Under the pieces are notes generated by a model. It did not search any database, was not told where the DNA came from, and was given only the letters and a program-made list of their open reading frames with translations. The position numbers were made by a program, and so were the translations under genes. Shown here in pieces: positions 18,657 to 27,526 of a stretch of DNA of 55,491 nucleotides. The first letter of the stretch is position 1. Every line of letters starts with the position of its first letter. Source of the stretch: a virus (taxonomy: Duplodnaviria; Caudoviricetes); IMG/VR virus record IMGVR_UViG_3300021964_004668, positions 1-55,491 of that record; one strand, 5' to 3'.

Positions 18657-19374
18657 GCATACTAAGTTTGCCGTGATGTTCGTAATCAGCTTTGCGGCCG
18701 CAACACTTGCCGCAGACAATGAGATATACATTGATCAGATAGGAGATGGGTCATCCATCGATATCGTACAGGACGGTTCGGGTAATGTCATAGGTGGGTC
18801 TACTACAGACACCACCAAGATGGTTCTGAACGGCGCGAATATGAACTTCAGCGTCAATCAAACCGGAAGCGGCAATACCTTGATTGGTTCGGTCTTCGGT
18901 ACATCGACAATTGATATTGATGTGGCGGGATCGACAAACGACATTCTGTTCGATGTTGATAAAGACAACGTGTACGGTGCGACCAACGGAGACTATGTAA
19001 TCAACATAACTGGCGGTAACAATGATCTGGACTTCGATGTCGGATCACTAGATACTGCTAATGATCTAGACCTTGACTTTGTATTGGACGGTGACTTCAA
19101 CACGGCCGATGTGAATATCGATGCGTCTAGTCTGACCTTTAATCTAGATATTGTTGGAGATAATAATAATCTAGTCTATGATGGTAGTGGGTATGATGGT
19201 CACAGTTTTGTGATTAGTGGTTCTGGTAACTATAATGATATTACAGTAAACCAAGAATCTACCTTACAGAAAGATACGCTGGAGATAGATTTTAATGGTT
19301 CGGGAACAAGTACAACTGCTGCTACTATGTGCATCAGCCAGTCTGATTCCGGTCTCAACACTACATGCGAGTGA
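18646..19374 (+). CDS. secreted curlin-like beta-repeat protein
   Basis: Signal peptide; NEIYIDQIG, IVQDGSGN, VNQTGSGN and recurring GxxN; rich in G/N/D/S; follows csgG. Confidence 0.75.
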   Translation: MSVRHTKFAVMFVISFAAATLAADNEIYIDQIGDGSSIDIVQDGSGNVIGGSTTDTTKMVLNGANMNFSVNQTGSGNTLIGSVFGTSTIDIDVAGSTNDILFDVDKDNVYGATNGDYVINITGGNNDLDFDVGSLDTANDLDLDFVLDGDFNTADVNIDASSLTFNLDIVGDNNNLVYDGSGYDGHSFVISGSGNYNDITVNQESTLQKDTLEIDFNGSGTSTTAATMCISQSDSGLNTTCE

Positions 19375-20404
19375 TGTAGGGAACGTAGATCGTGCTGTCG
19401 GGTGGAGAGAGATCCTCAGAGATGAGGCCTCTATTCGTCCGAATACTGGCCAGGATGTAGTGTCTAAGGACGACCTTCGCACGGGCGAGGGTCGCCTTCA
19501 GGTGCGTTTTGTTGATGATTCCAAACTAAGAATGACAGAACATACCCGTATCGTGATCGATAATGTGGTATTTGATGATGATCCCAGTAAATCAGACCTT
19601 GCCATGACCTTTGCACAGGGTACAGCAAGGTTCATATCAGGTGAACTGGGTAAGGTCAATAAAGAGAATGTACGCCTACGAACCCCTACCGCATCCATCG
19701 GTATTCGGGGAACAGACTTCACAGTAACCGTAGATGAACTAGGGCAGACCCTCGTAGTCCTATTACCGGATGTCAACGGAGTTTCGTCTGGTGAGATCAT
19801 TGTGTCTACTATGGCTGGTGAGGTTATCTTGAACGAACCTTTCCAAGCGACCAACACTTATGTTGCCGAGGAACCACCAAGTAGTCCTGCCATCCTAGAT
19901 CTGACTCTGGACATGTTGAACAACATCATGATCATCAACCCACCCAAGAAGAAAGAAACTGAGGAAGAGTTATTGTTATCTACAAGGGCTGACCGAAACA
20001 TCAACCCCCTTGACATAGACTTCCTTGATCAAGACTTGTTACAAAACGAAGAGTTGGAACGAGACTATCTGGAGTTCACTGAGTTGGACATAAACTTCCT
20101 TGATGTTGAACTACTGGAGGATTTGCTTGAAGCCTTTGACAGTCTGGATGAAGAACTACTAAAGGAACGACAAAGCACCGGAGAACTGTCTCTAGAGGGT
20201 ACAGAAGAGGGGTTTGACCCCACTACTCAGTTTGCTACCATAGTAGAAGGTGACAAGGTAACGGTGAGACGAGAGGTCAATGACATCGCAGAGATCCGAG
20301 TAGACAAGGATGCATCCACCCTTATAAATATGTCTCAGGACGGTAAACAACTTGACCCAGTCAAGATAAATGGACAAGACACGGTGATAAACATAGTACA
20401 ATGA
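19295..20404 (+). CDS. FecR-domain periplasmic protein
   Basis: Signal-like N-terminus; DDLRTGEG, FVDDSKL, GTARFISG, LRTPTASIGIRGTDFTVTV; acidic C-terminal extension. Confidence 0.88.
   Translation: MVREQVQLLLLCASASLIPVSTLHASDVGNVDRAVGWREILRDEASIRPNTGQDVVSKDDLRTGEGRLQVRFVDDSKLRMTEHTRIVIDNVVFDDDPSKSDLAMTFAQGTARFISGELGKVNKENVRLRTPTASIGIRGTDFTVTVDELGQTLVVLLPDVNGVSSGEIIVSTMAGEVILNEPFQATNTYVAEEPPSSPAILDLTLDMLNNIMIINPPKKKETEEELLLSTRADRNINPLDIDFLDQDLLQNEELERDYLEFTELDINFLDVELLEDLLEAFDSLDEELLKERQSTGELSLEGTEEGFDPTTQFATIVEGDKVTVRREVNDIAEIRVDKDASTLINMSQDGKQLDPVKINGQDTVINIVQ
20323..20330 (+). promoter_or_regulatory. possible late promoter upstream of the cyclase gene
   Basis: TATAAATA 70 nt before ATG 20401, inside the FecR gene. 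Confidence 0.5.
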
Positions 20405-22224
20405 AGACATGGCACGTATTGGTCACTCTTATTGTCATGGTGACAATAAGGTTATTCGACCCCTTTCTATTGGAGAGTGCTAGACTCTCTTTCTTTGATT
20501 CTCTGCAAAGAGCCCAAGACACAAAACCGTCCGAGATCGTACTGGTAGACATAGACGAGAAGACCCTAGACAAACTAGGACAGTACCCCATTCCCCGTGA
20601 GTTACTGGCACAAGAGATTGACAAGATGGGTGAGAGCCTTATCGGTATCAACATCTTGTTTTCCGAGGAAGATAGATGGGGCGGAGACGATGCCTTTGCT
20701 GAGACTCTGACCTACAAACAGTCTGTGGTTGCTATCACACCATCTAATCGGACTAAAACCGATTACAGACCACCACGGATAGGAGTTGCCGCTTTTGGTG
20801 ACAAAGCGGTAGAATCTTTCCTCTCTCCTTCCGCTGGTATGTTGTTTGCACAGGATAAGATACACAACGCAGCATGGGGTTACGGGACAATATCTTCAAC
20901 GCAAGACATCGACGGCATTGTTCGTAGACAACCTCTTCTGGTAAACTTTGATGATCGACTGTACCCCGCCTTCGCACTGGACATACTCAGAGTCGCGGCA
21001 GGAGACATATCTTACCAGATATCCACGGATGACTATGGTATTGAGTTTGTCCGTATCCCAGCCTTCAAATCGATCATGACAGACAGTTCGGGTAATGTGA
21101 ACATTGCATACTGGAATGAGTTCAAGCGATACTCACTGGTGGATATGGATCAGATCCCAGATGGATCAATCGCGATCATGGGTGCAACCTTCGAGGGATC
21201 TAATGTGGTGTCCACACCCATGGGAGCCATGTACCCGCACGACATTCAAGCAAACTTACTCAAGACCATGATCGACGGAGTAGTGATCAAGAGACCGGAT
21301 GAATTTATTTTATATGAGCTCTTGACAACTATTGTTTTTTGTGTTATACTCTTAGCTCTGCTCAGGGCGGCTAGTATACCAGTATCCGGTATGATATTTG
21401 GTATTATGGTTGCTGGGATTTACATCTTTTCGACAGACACTTTTGCAACCTACTTCTATCTAGTCGATCCGGTATTTCCTATTCTCACTCTAGTGTTGGT
21501 GTTCGCACACGGTTCCTTTGTACAGTTCTATACTCAGTTCAAAGCAAAACAGATGATCAAGGGACAATTTGGTACATACCTATCTCCCGACATGGTTGAC
21601 ATGCTGGCTAAAGATCCGAGTCTGATGAAACTGGGTGGAGAGAAGAAGGAGATGTCCTTTCTCTTCATGGACATTGTTGGGTTTACGCCCATCTCAGAAC
21701 ACTATAAGAACAATGACGATCCTGAAGGACTGGTCGCATTGATCAACAACTATCTCAATGAAATGACAAATATTATTTTGCAAAATGGTGGAACCATTGA
21801 TAAATACATGGGCGATTGCATCATGGCATTCTGGAACGCACCACTACCTTGTAACAACCACGCAGAGATGGCCGTCAAATCTGCAATAGAGATAGAGCAA
21901 AAAACTAATGTACTTAGACAACGATTTCTTGACGAAGGTCTACCCCCCATCAATGTCGGTACTGGCGTCAATACAGGTGACTGCATTGTTGGCAATATGG
22001 GTAGTGAATCTCGTTTTGACTACTCCGTCATTGGGGATGCAGTCAACCTTGCTGCCCGCCTTGAAGCAACCGCAGCCCGTGGTGACTACATCGACAACAA
22101 AACCATCTACTCCAGCTTTACCAAAGATCAACTTATAGATATCAAGTCCAAGCATATTGGACAGATCAAGGTAAAAGGTAAGGAAGAGATGATAGACATC
22201 TATACTCATGATACAGATAGTTGA
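20401..22224 (+). CDS. CHASE2-domain membrane class III adenylate cyclase
   Basis: TM; CHASE2 (IVLVDIDE, DIDGIVRR, TPMG..YPHDIQA); three TMs; FMDIVGFT, DKYMGDCIMAFW, YSVIGDAVNLAARLE, VKGK. Confidence 0.95.
   Translation: MKTWHVLVTLIVMVTIRLFDPFLLESARLSFFDSLQRAQDTKPSEIVLVDIDEKTLDKLGQYPIPRELLAQEIDKMGESLIGINILFSEEDRWGGDDAFAETLTYKQSVVAITPSNRTKTDYRPPRIGVAAFGDKAVESFLSPSAGMLFAQDKIHNAAWGYGTISSTQDIDGIVRRQPLLVNFDDRLYPAFALDILRVAAGDISYQISTDDYGIEFVRIPAFKSIMTDSSGNVNIAYWNEFKRYSLVDMDQIPDGSIAIMGATFEGSNVVSTPMGAMYPHDIQANLLKTMIDGVVIKRPDEFILYELLTTIVFCVILLALLRAASIPVSGMIFGIMVAGIYIFSTDTFATYFYLVDPVFPILTLVLVFAHGSFVQFYTQFKAKQMIKGQFGTYLSPDMVDMLAKDPSLMKLGGEKKEMSFLFMDIVGFTPISEHYKNNDDPEGLVALINNYLNEMTNIILQNGGTIDKYMGDCIMAFWNAPLPCNNHAEMAVKSAIEIEQKTNVLRQRFLDEGLPPINVGTGVNTGDCIVGNMGSESRFDYSVIGDAVNLAARLEATAARGDYIDNKTIYSSFTKDQLIDIKSKHIGQIKVKGKEEMIDIYTHDTDS
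21322..21350 (+). promoter_or_regulatory. possible sigma70-type promoter inside the cyclase gene
   Basis: TTGACA-17nt-TATACT. Confidence 0.4.
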
Positions 22225-22708
22225 CAACTTTCTGGAACCTGATGCCTTTGATGAACTGGTACAGGCATATCATGAGTGCCGTATGTACAGTGCATATGAC
22301 TATGGTGAGAGACGAGGTGGTGCATACTATGCGGTGGCAGACTGGATAGATTGTTACCGTAGCGATAACCTTAGATATGCGTTTGACGATATCTCGACAC
22401 AAATCGATGAGGTGCTAGGTGTCAAAGTCCAGTTGATGACGTTTTTCCGACACCCCCTAGAGACCTTCCCTGTCCTAGAGGGCCGTGGTGCGAAGATTCC
22501 GCAACACATTGACCGTAACTTCGAGAGGTCTGGTGTACTCTACATGCTTGGTACGGAGGGTCAGGGGACTACCGTAAAGGATGAGTATGTTGAATGGGTA
22601 GAGAATCGTGCTATTGCCTTTGATGCCCAAACCCTCCACAATCCACACTTCGGTGGAGCAGACCGTATCTCCCTCACATTTTTCGGACTTAATACGAAAA
22701 AGTTATAA
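22208..22708 (+). CDS. 2OG-Fe(II) oxygenase-like protein
   Basis: IVDNFL start, HID, GVLYM, ENRAIAFD...H, R.SLTFF. Confidence 0.65.
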   Translation: MIQIVDNFLEPDAFDELVQAYHECRMYSAYDYGERRGGAYYAVADWIDCYRSDNLRYAFDDISTQIDEVLGVKVQLMTFFRHPLETFPVLEGRGAKIPQHIDRNFERSGVLYMLGTEGQGTTVKDEYVEWVENRAIAFDAQTLHNPHFGGADRISLTFFGLNTKKL

Positions 22709-22727
22709 GCATATAACAAAATAGTAT

Positions 22728-22776
22728 TTGACTTTTCTCTCAGAATCCTTCATAATACTCTTGTATTGAGAATGAG
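22728..22776 (+). promoter_or_regulatory. early promoter plus leader cassette, degenerate copy
   Basis: TTGACT-17-CATAAT then ACTCTTGTATTGAGAATGAG. Confidence 0.7.
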
Positions 22777-22785
22777 GTTGCAGGG

Positions 22786-23043
22786 ATGGCATTTTACACT
22801 TGGTCTTCTGATTGTATTGGACAGTTCACCGAAAAAGAGGTGGGTAACTATTTCGAGTATTCTCTGAATGCCGATGGATGGTTTGCTGAGTATCCTCACA
22901 TCGTATGGGTCGGAGGGCCCGGTCAAGGTTATCGTTACGCCAATGTCAAGAAGACTGTAGCCTACATCGTGGTCGATGAAGACGAGTACGGCGATCCTAT
23001 CGAAGAAAAGTGGGACATCAAAAAACACATAAAATATGTGTGA
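22786..23043 (+). CDS. hypothetical early protein
   Basis: ORF directly after the promoter cassette. Confidence 0.7.
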   Translation: MAFYTWSSDCIGQFTEKEVGNYFEYSLNADGWFAEYPHIVWVGGPGQGYRYANVKKTVAYIVVDEDEYGDPIEEKWDIKKHIKYV

Positions 23044-23050
23044 TCAGCTG

Positions 23051-23103
23051 TTGACATTTGTTGCTGACTAGTGTAAAATACTTGTATTGATAATGAGAAA
23101 GGA
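23051..23103 (+). promoter_or_regulatory. early promoter plus conserved leader cassette, copy 2
   Basis: TTGACA-17-TAAAAT then ACTTGTATTGATAATGAGAAAGGA. Confidence 0.85.
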
Positions 23104-23112
23104 AGTATAGAT

Positions 23113-23442
23113 ATGGGAATGACGATCAATGTTTATCGAAGCAATCTGGGTGACAGCACCAACGGTGGTGTATCCTCTTACTCTGGTAGACTGTGTGTCA
23201 CCAACTGTGAAGGCCCCTTTGAGCCTAGTGAGGATGCCCCTGCGGTTAAACTCGTGATGGCAGAACCTATCGGTGGTCGTAAGATCCTCCGGTTGATCCC
23301 TGAGTGCGCGGAAGGCAAACAGACGATGTTCGGAGGCAACTACGGTTCGACTTCGGATTCACGATTCTCGCAACTGTGCGAAAAGTTACTTGGTGGTGCC
23401 TTCTACGGTGCTGTCGCAATTCATGACCGAGTGGAGTACTAA
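23113..23442 (+). CDS. hypothetical early protein
   Basis: DSTNGGVS, MFGGNYGSTSDSRF, IHDRVE; strong SD. Confidence 0.75.
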   Translation: MGMTINVYRSNLGDSTNGGVSSYSGRLCVTNCEGPFEPSEDAPAVKLVMAEPIGGRKILRLIPECAEGKQTMFGGNYGSTSDSRFSQLCEKLLGGAFYGAVAIHDRVEY

Positions 23443-23667
23443 ATGTTGGTTAATGGTTTGAAAGGTGTGGATCTCCGCACCGGACTACGGGTTGAGATTG
23501 CTCTCAACTATAAAGAGATGCAACTTGTTTTGGATCAAAGTGAGACTGTCAACGAAAGTTGGGAACTCATGTGCGATGCCGTTTTGGAACGCACTGGTCG
23601 CCAGATCAAGGGTGCAATGGATTTGAATTACATCGTGGTAAACGGTGTCGAGAAAGTTTTTCACTAG
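23443..23667 (+). CDS. hypothetical protein
   Basis: GGAG SD; abuts previous stop. Confidence 0.7.
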   Translation: MLVNGLKGVDLRTGLRVEIALNYKEMQLVLDQSETVNESWELMCDAVLERTGRQIKGAMDLNYIVVNGVEKVFH

Positions 23668-23676
23668 GAGAAGAAA

Positions 23677-24645
23677 ATGAGTCATGAAGTAGAAATCATC
23701 AACGGTCAAGCCCAGATGGCATATGCGGGCGATGTCCCGTGGCACGGTCTTGGCACCAAGGTCGCGGCAGACCTATCACCGCAACAGATCATGCAACAGG
23801 CTGGTCTGGATTGGACGGTACAGAAGGAAGTTCTGACTACCGCATCAGGTGTTGAACTTGAGTCTCAGAAGGCGCTCGTGCGTACATCTGACAACAAGGT
23901 TCTAGACATCGTCGGTGAGAACTGGGAACCTGTTCAGAACGAAGAGGCGTTTGAGTTCTTCTCTGAGTACTGCGCTGCGGGTGACATGGAAATGCACACC
24001 GCTGGTTCACTCAAAGGTGGTCAGATGGTCTGGGGTCTTGCAAAAGTCAAGGAGTCGTTTGACATCCTTGGTGGCGACCAAGTCGATTCTTACCTGTTGT
24101 TCTCAAACCCACACATGTACGGTAAGTCAGTCGATGTTCGATTCACTCCGATTCGCGTGGTCTGCAACAACACTCTGACCCTATCTCTGGGACAGAAGGT
24201 TGCGAACTCTTGCAAGATCAACCACCGCTCTCAGTTCAACCCTAACAAGGTGAAGGAAGCACTAGGTATCGCATCTGAGAAGTTTGCGAAGTACAAAGAT
24301 ACTGCTGAGTTCCTCGCGTCCAAGCGATACGATATGAAGTCTCTGATCAACTACTACAACGAAGTGTTCCCGCGAACCTATGTTGGTAAGAAGCCTGTCA
24401 CTGTGGAAGATTTCAAAGATCTGACCAGCAACGGTCAACTGGCATACTCCTTCTTGGAGACCCAGCCTGGCGCTGAGTTCGGTGCTGGTTCATGGTGGTC
24501 TGCACTTAATAGTGTGACCTACCTGACTGACCACAAGATGGGTCGTGAGGTTGATACTCGCTTGACTTCTGCATGGTTTGGTCAGAACCAGACTCGCAAA
24601 GTCAAGGCAGTCGAAAAAGCGGTAGAGTATGCCCTCGCCGCTTAA
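23677..24645 (+). CDS. DUF932 family protein
   Basis: PWHGLG, AGLDWTV, VQNEEAF, TAGSLKGG, TPIRVVCNNTL. Confidence 0.9.
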   Translation: MSHEVEIINGQAQMAYAGDVPWHGLGTKVAADLSPQQIMQQAGLDWTVQKEVLTTASGVELESQKALVRTSDNKVLDIVGENWEPVQNEEAFEFFSEYCAAGDMEMHTAGSLKGGQMVWGLAKVKESFDILGGDQVDSYLLFSNPHMYGKSVDVRFTPIRVVCNNTLTLSLGQKVANSCKINHRSQFNPNKVKEALGIASEKFAKYKDTAEFLASKRYDMKSLINYYNEVFPRTYVGKKPVTVEDFKDLTSNGQLAYSFLETQPGAEFGAGSWWSALNSVTYLTDHKMGREVDTRLTSAWFGQNQTRKVKAVEKAVEYALAA

Positions 24646-25267
24646 TACAATCAAGGTTCTGGGTGAGGTCGATGTGAGTCATTACATCGATCTCTTCTCG
24701 GACATCGATGATGCTGACTGGATGGGTGAATTTGCGAAGTTCAGTAAAAGGTACATCCCATTCTTCAATGAGTTGGAACGGTTACCTTTGCTGTATTCTA
24801 TGCCGAAGGATCAGGAGGGAAAGACGATAGAGGAATCTGCGAGTACATGGAAGATTGCTGATCTCATAAAGTATATGAACAGCGACGAGTACAAGCAGGA
24901 TGTGGTATTGAACGGTGAGTTATATGACAAGTACTACAACGAGGAGTTCTTTGAAAGCCTGTACAGGTTGTTGACTGACCAGTTAGGGAAGGGTAAGTAT
25001 AGCATGTTTATGTTCAATCTGATGAATCCACATTCGCAGATTGCAGAACATAAGGATGAAAGAACGGGCGATAATAAAAGGATACATATCCCTATCGTCA
25101 CTGACCCTGACGTTACATTTATGAACAATGGCGATACGGTGAATATGGAGGTGGGTAAGGTCTATTGGATAGATCATACCAAGATGCATTCAGTAGATAA
25201 CCCCACTGACTGTGAACGTATTCACCTTGTAATTGATTGGAAACTTGATGGAGAAAATTATGTATAG
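24629..25267 (+). CDS. aspartyl/asparaginyl beta-hydroxylase-like 2OG-Fe(II) oxygenase
   Basis: HKD, RIHIPIVT, WIDHTKMHSVDN, RIHLVID. Confidence 0.8.
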   Translation: MPSPLNTIKVLGEVDVSHYIDLFSDIDDADWMGEFAKFSKRYIPFFNELERLPLLYSMPKDQEGKTIEESASTWKIADLIKYMNSDEYKQDVVLNGELYDKYYNEEFFESLYRLLTDQLGKGKYSMFMFNLMNPHSQIAEHKDERTGDNKRIHIPIVTDPDVTFMNNGDTVNMEVGKVYWIDHTKMHSVDNPTDCERIHLVIDWKLDGENYV

Positions 25268-25832
25268 TGGTGCAAAACTACCAATAGTAAACTTTCAGAC
25301 TCGTGTTCGGAATAACGAGATTGAAGGTGACAATCCTTTTGAATGGAAGACCGTGAGTAGCGACGAGCTGTTCGGGAGTGGTCGCAATGTGATCTTCTCG
25401 TTGCCAGGCGCATTTACTCCCACGTGTTCGACATATCAGTTACCGGACTTTGAACGTCTGATGTCCGAAGGTGCATTCGATGAATTCGGAATCGATAACA
25501 TCTATTGCGTTTCGGTCAATGACTCGTTTGTGATGAACAAGTGGGCTGAGGATCAACGTCTTCAGAACGTCAAAGTTGTGCCTGATGGTTCGGGTGAGTT
25601 CAATCGTAAACTGGGTATGCTGGTCTATAAGAACAATCTTGGTTTCGGTATGCGCTCATGGCGGTATGCGATGATTGTCACTGATGGCGTGGTTGAGGCA
25701 TTCCTCCCAGAACCCGGCTTACGTGATGATGCGGATGATGACCCCTATGGTGAGTCCTCGCCTCAGAACGTACTGAACGTGTTGGCTGACCTGAAACAAG
25801 GAAATGCCATCCGATTTGGAACCTACGGGTAA
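25260..25832 (+). CDS. peroxiredoxin (Prx5 type)
   Basis: SLPGAFTPTCS, SVNDSFVM, PDGSGEF, GMRSWRYAM. Confidence 0.93.
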   Translation: MYSGAKLPIVNFQTRVRNNEIEGDNPFEWKTVSSDELFGSGRNVIFSLPGAFTPTCSTYQLPDFERLMSEGAFDEFGIDNIYCVSVNDSFVMNKWAEDQRLQNVKVVPDGSGEFNRKLGMLVYKNNLGFGMRSWRYAMIVTDGVVEAFLPEPGLRDDADDDPYGESSPQNVLNVLADLKQGNAIRFGTYG

Positions 25833-25913
25833 AACTTTTTTTGAAAACCCTTAGAAATCAACAACTTATTATCAAAAAAAGTTCTTGACATTTCTTGCGC
25901 CATCGCCTATAAT
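25833..25913 (+). promoter_or_regulatory. inverted repeat enclosing an IHF-consensus site, followed by a sigma70 promoter
   Basis: AACTTTTTTTGA (25833-25844) / TCAAAAAAAGTT (25872-25883); AATCAACAACTTA (25856-25868); TTGACA-17-TATAAT (25885-25913). Confidence 0.7.
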
Positions 25914-25937
25914 GTATAGGTAAAGTTGAGTTGAGGA

Positions 25938-26375
25938 ATGATTATGATTGCTGTTGTTTCTAAGGGTGGACGAAAAGCGCATCGTGAGTTGGCTGAGAAG
26001 GTCTGTTACTTCATGATCAAAAAGTTGATGCCTCGCCACCGCAAAATCGTGGTCGGTATCGAGTTTCAAGCGAACTTGGAAAAGAATGACGGTATGATGG
26101 CGTATGCCATGGACTTGGAAGACCGAGTCTTCGAGATCGGTATTGACCGAGACTTGATGAAGAACCACGGTCTTCGTGAGTTCGTCACTGCGGTCTGTCA
26201 CGAGATGGTTCACGTGAAGCAGTATGTCAAGGGTGAACTGAAGTACACGGGTGGCAAAGAACTTTGGAAGGGTCGGGACTGCACCGACATGGAATACATG
26301 GAACAACCATGGGAGAAGGAGGCGTATCGCCTTCAGGACAAGTTAGCGTTAGAAATCTGGAATGAGGTCATGTAA
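25938..26375 (+). CDS. zinc metallopeptidase-like protein (SprT-like)
   Basis: HEMVHVKQY (HExxH) and PWEKEAY. Confidence 0.75.
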   Translation: MIMIAVVSKGGRKAHRELAEKVCYFMIKKLMPRHRKIVVGIEFQANLEKNDGMMAYAMDLEDRVFEIGIDRDLMKNHGLREFVTAVCHEMVHVKQYVKGELKYTGGKELWKGRDCTDMEYMEQPWEKEAYRLQDKLALEIWNEVM

Positions 26376-27526
26376 TGGACAATAGGGTAGCAGAGGTTCT
26401 GTGGCGGGAGCAGTCTCGGCAGAATAACACCATCGAACTGATTGCGAGCGAGAACTTCGCGTCCCAGTCTGTCATGGATCTTTGCGGTAGCGTCTTTACC
26501 AACAAGTATGCCGAAGGGTATTCTGGTAAACGGTACTACAACGGATGTGACCATATGGATGAGATCGAAGATCTCGCCATTGAACAAGTCAAACAACTCT
26601 ATGGTTGTGGGTTTGCCAATGTGCAACCCCACTGTGGAGCGAATGCGAATACCGCGATCTATCTTGCCTTCCTAGAGCCAGGAGATCGAATTCTGGGCAT
26701 GGATCTTGCTAGTGGTGGTCATCTGTCGCACGGTGCGTGGGTAAACATCTCCGGTAAGGTCTATGAGTCACACTCTTATGGAGTCGATGAACAAGGATTC
26801 TTGGACTACGCAAAGATCCTTGATCAAGCGATCAAGGTCAAACCCAAGATGATCGTAGCGGGTGCCAGTGCGTATTCTCGTCGCATCAACTGGTCGATGT
26901 TCCGTGAGATTGCTGATCATGTCGGAGCGTACCTACTGGTCGATATGGCGCACTACAGCGGTCTGGTTGCTGGTGGTGCATATCCAAATCCATTACCATG
27001 GGCAGACTTCGTTACATCGACCACCCATAAGACTCTGCGAGGGCCACGGGGCGGAATGATCCTATGGAACAATCCAGACTATACCCGTAAAATCAATAGT
27101 GCCGTATTCCCCGGCTCTCAGGGTGGCCCTCTGATGAACATTGTCGCCGCAAAGGCGCAGTGTTTCATTGAGGCGAATACTGATGAGTTCGGAGTCTATG
27201 CTCATCAGGTGATCACGAATGCGAAAGAGATGGCGCGTGTATTCAAAGAAAATGGATATAAGTGCTTGACAGATGGTACAGATTCGCATATAATACTGCT
27301 TGACTTGGGAGACCATAAATTGAGTGGCCGACAAGCAGCAGATCTATTAGAATCAAAAGGTATCACCGTTAACAAAAACGGTGTGCCCAATGACCCACGA
27401 TCTTTCGTGGAAACCAGTGGTATCCGAATCGGTACTGCCGCAGAAACCACGAGGAATCCGAATCGTGATCGTTTCGAGGGTATTGCTGCAAGGATTTGTT
27501 ACATTTTAGATAACGGAGTAGTGTAA
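26375..27526 (+). CDS. glyA: serine hydroxymethyltransferase
   Basis: LIASENF, NKYAEGY, GGHLSHG, DMAHYSGLV, PLP-lysine motif STTHKTLRGPRGG, SGIRIGT. Confidence 0.97.
   Translation: MDNRVAEVLWREQSRQNNTIELIASENFASQSVMDLCGSVFTNKYAEGYSGKRYYNGCDHMDEIEDLAIEQVKQLYGCGFANVQPHCGANANTAIYLAFLEPGDRILGMDLASGGHLSHGAWVNISGKVYESHSYGVDEQGFLDYAKILDQAIKVKPKMIVAGASAYSRRINWSMFREIADHVGAYLLVDMAHYSGLVAGGAYPNPLPWADFVTSTTHKTLRGPRGGMILWNNPDYTRKINSAVFPGSQGGPLMNIVAAKAQCFIEANTDEFGVYAHQVITNAKEMARVFKENGYKCLTDGTDSHIILLDLGDHKLSGRQAADLLESKGITVNKNGVPNDPRSFVETSGIRIGTAAETTRNPNRDRFEGIAARICYILDNGVV
27266..27294 (+). promoter_or_regulatory. sigma70-type promoter inside glyA
   Basis: TTGACA-17nt-TATAAT, exact consensus. Confidence 0.65.

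Noticed and set aside
22691-22728. Palindrome GTTATA-AGCA-TATAAC before an early promoter as an operator
   Set aside because: Short, AT-rich and single-copy in this window; cannot be told from chance
23039-23056. CRP site (TGTGA...) at an early promoter, attractive given the phage cyclase
   Set aside because: The second half-site does not match TCACA at 6-nt spacing
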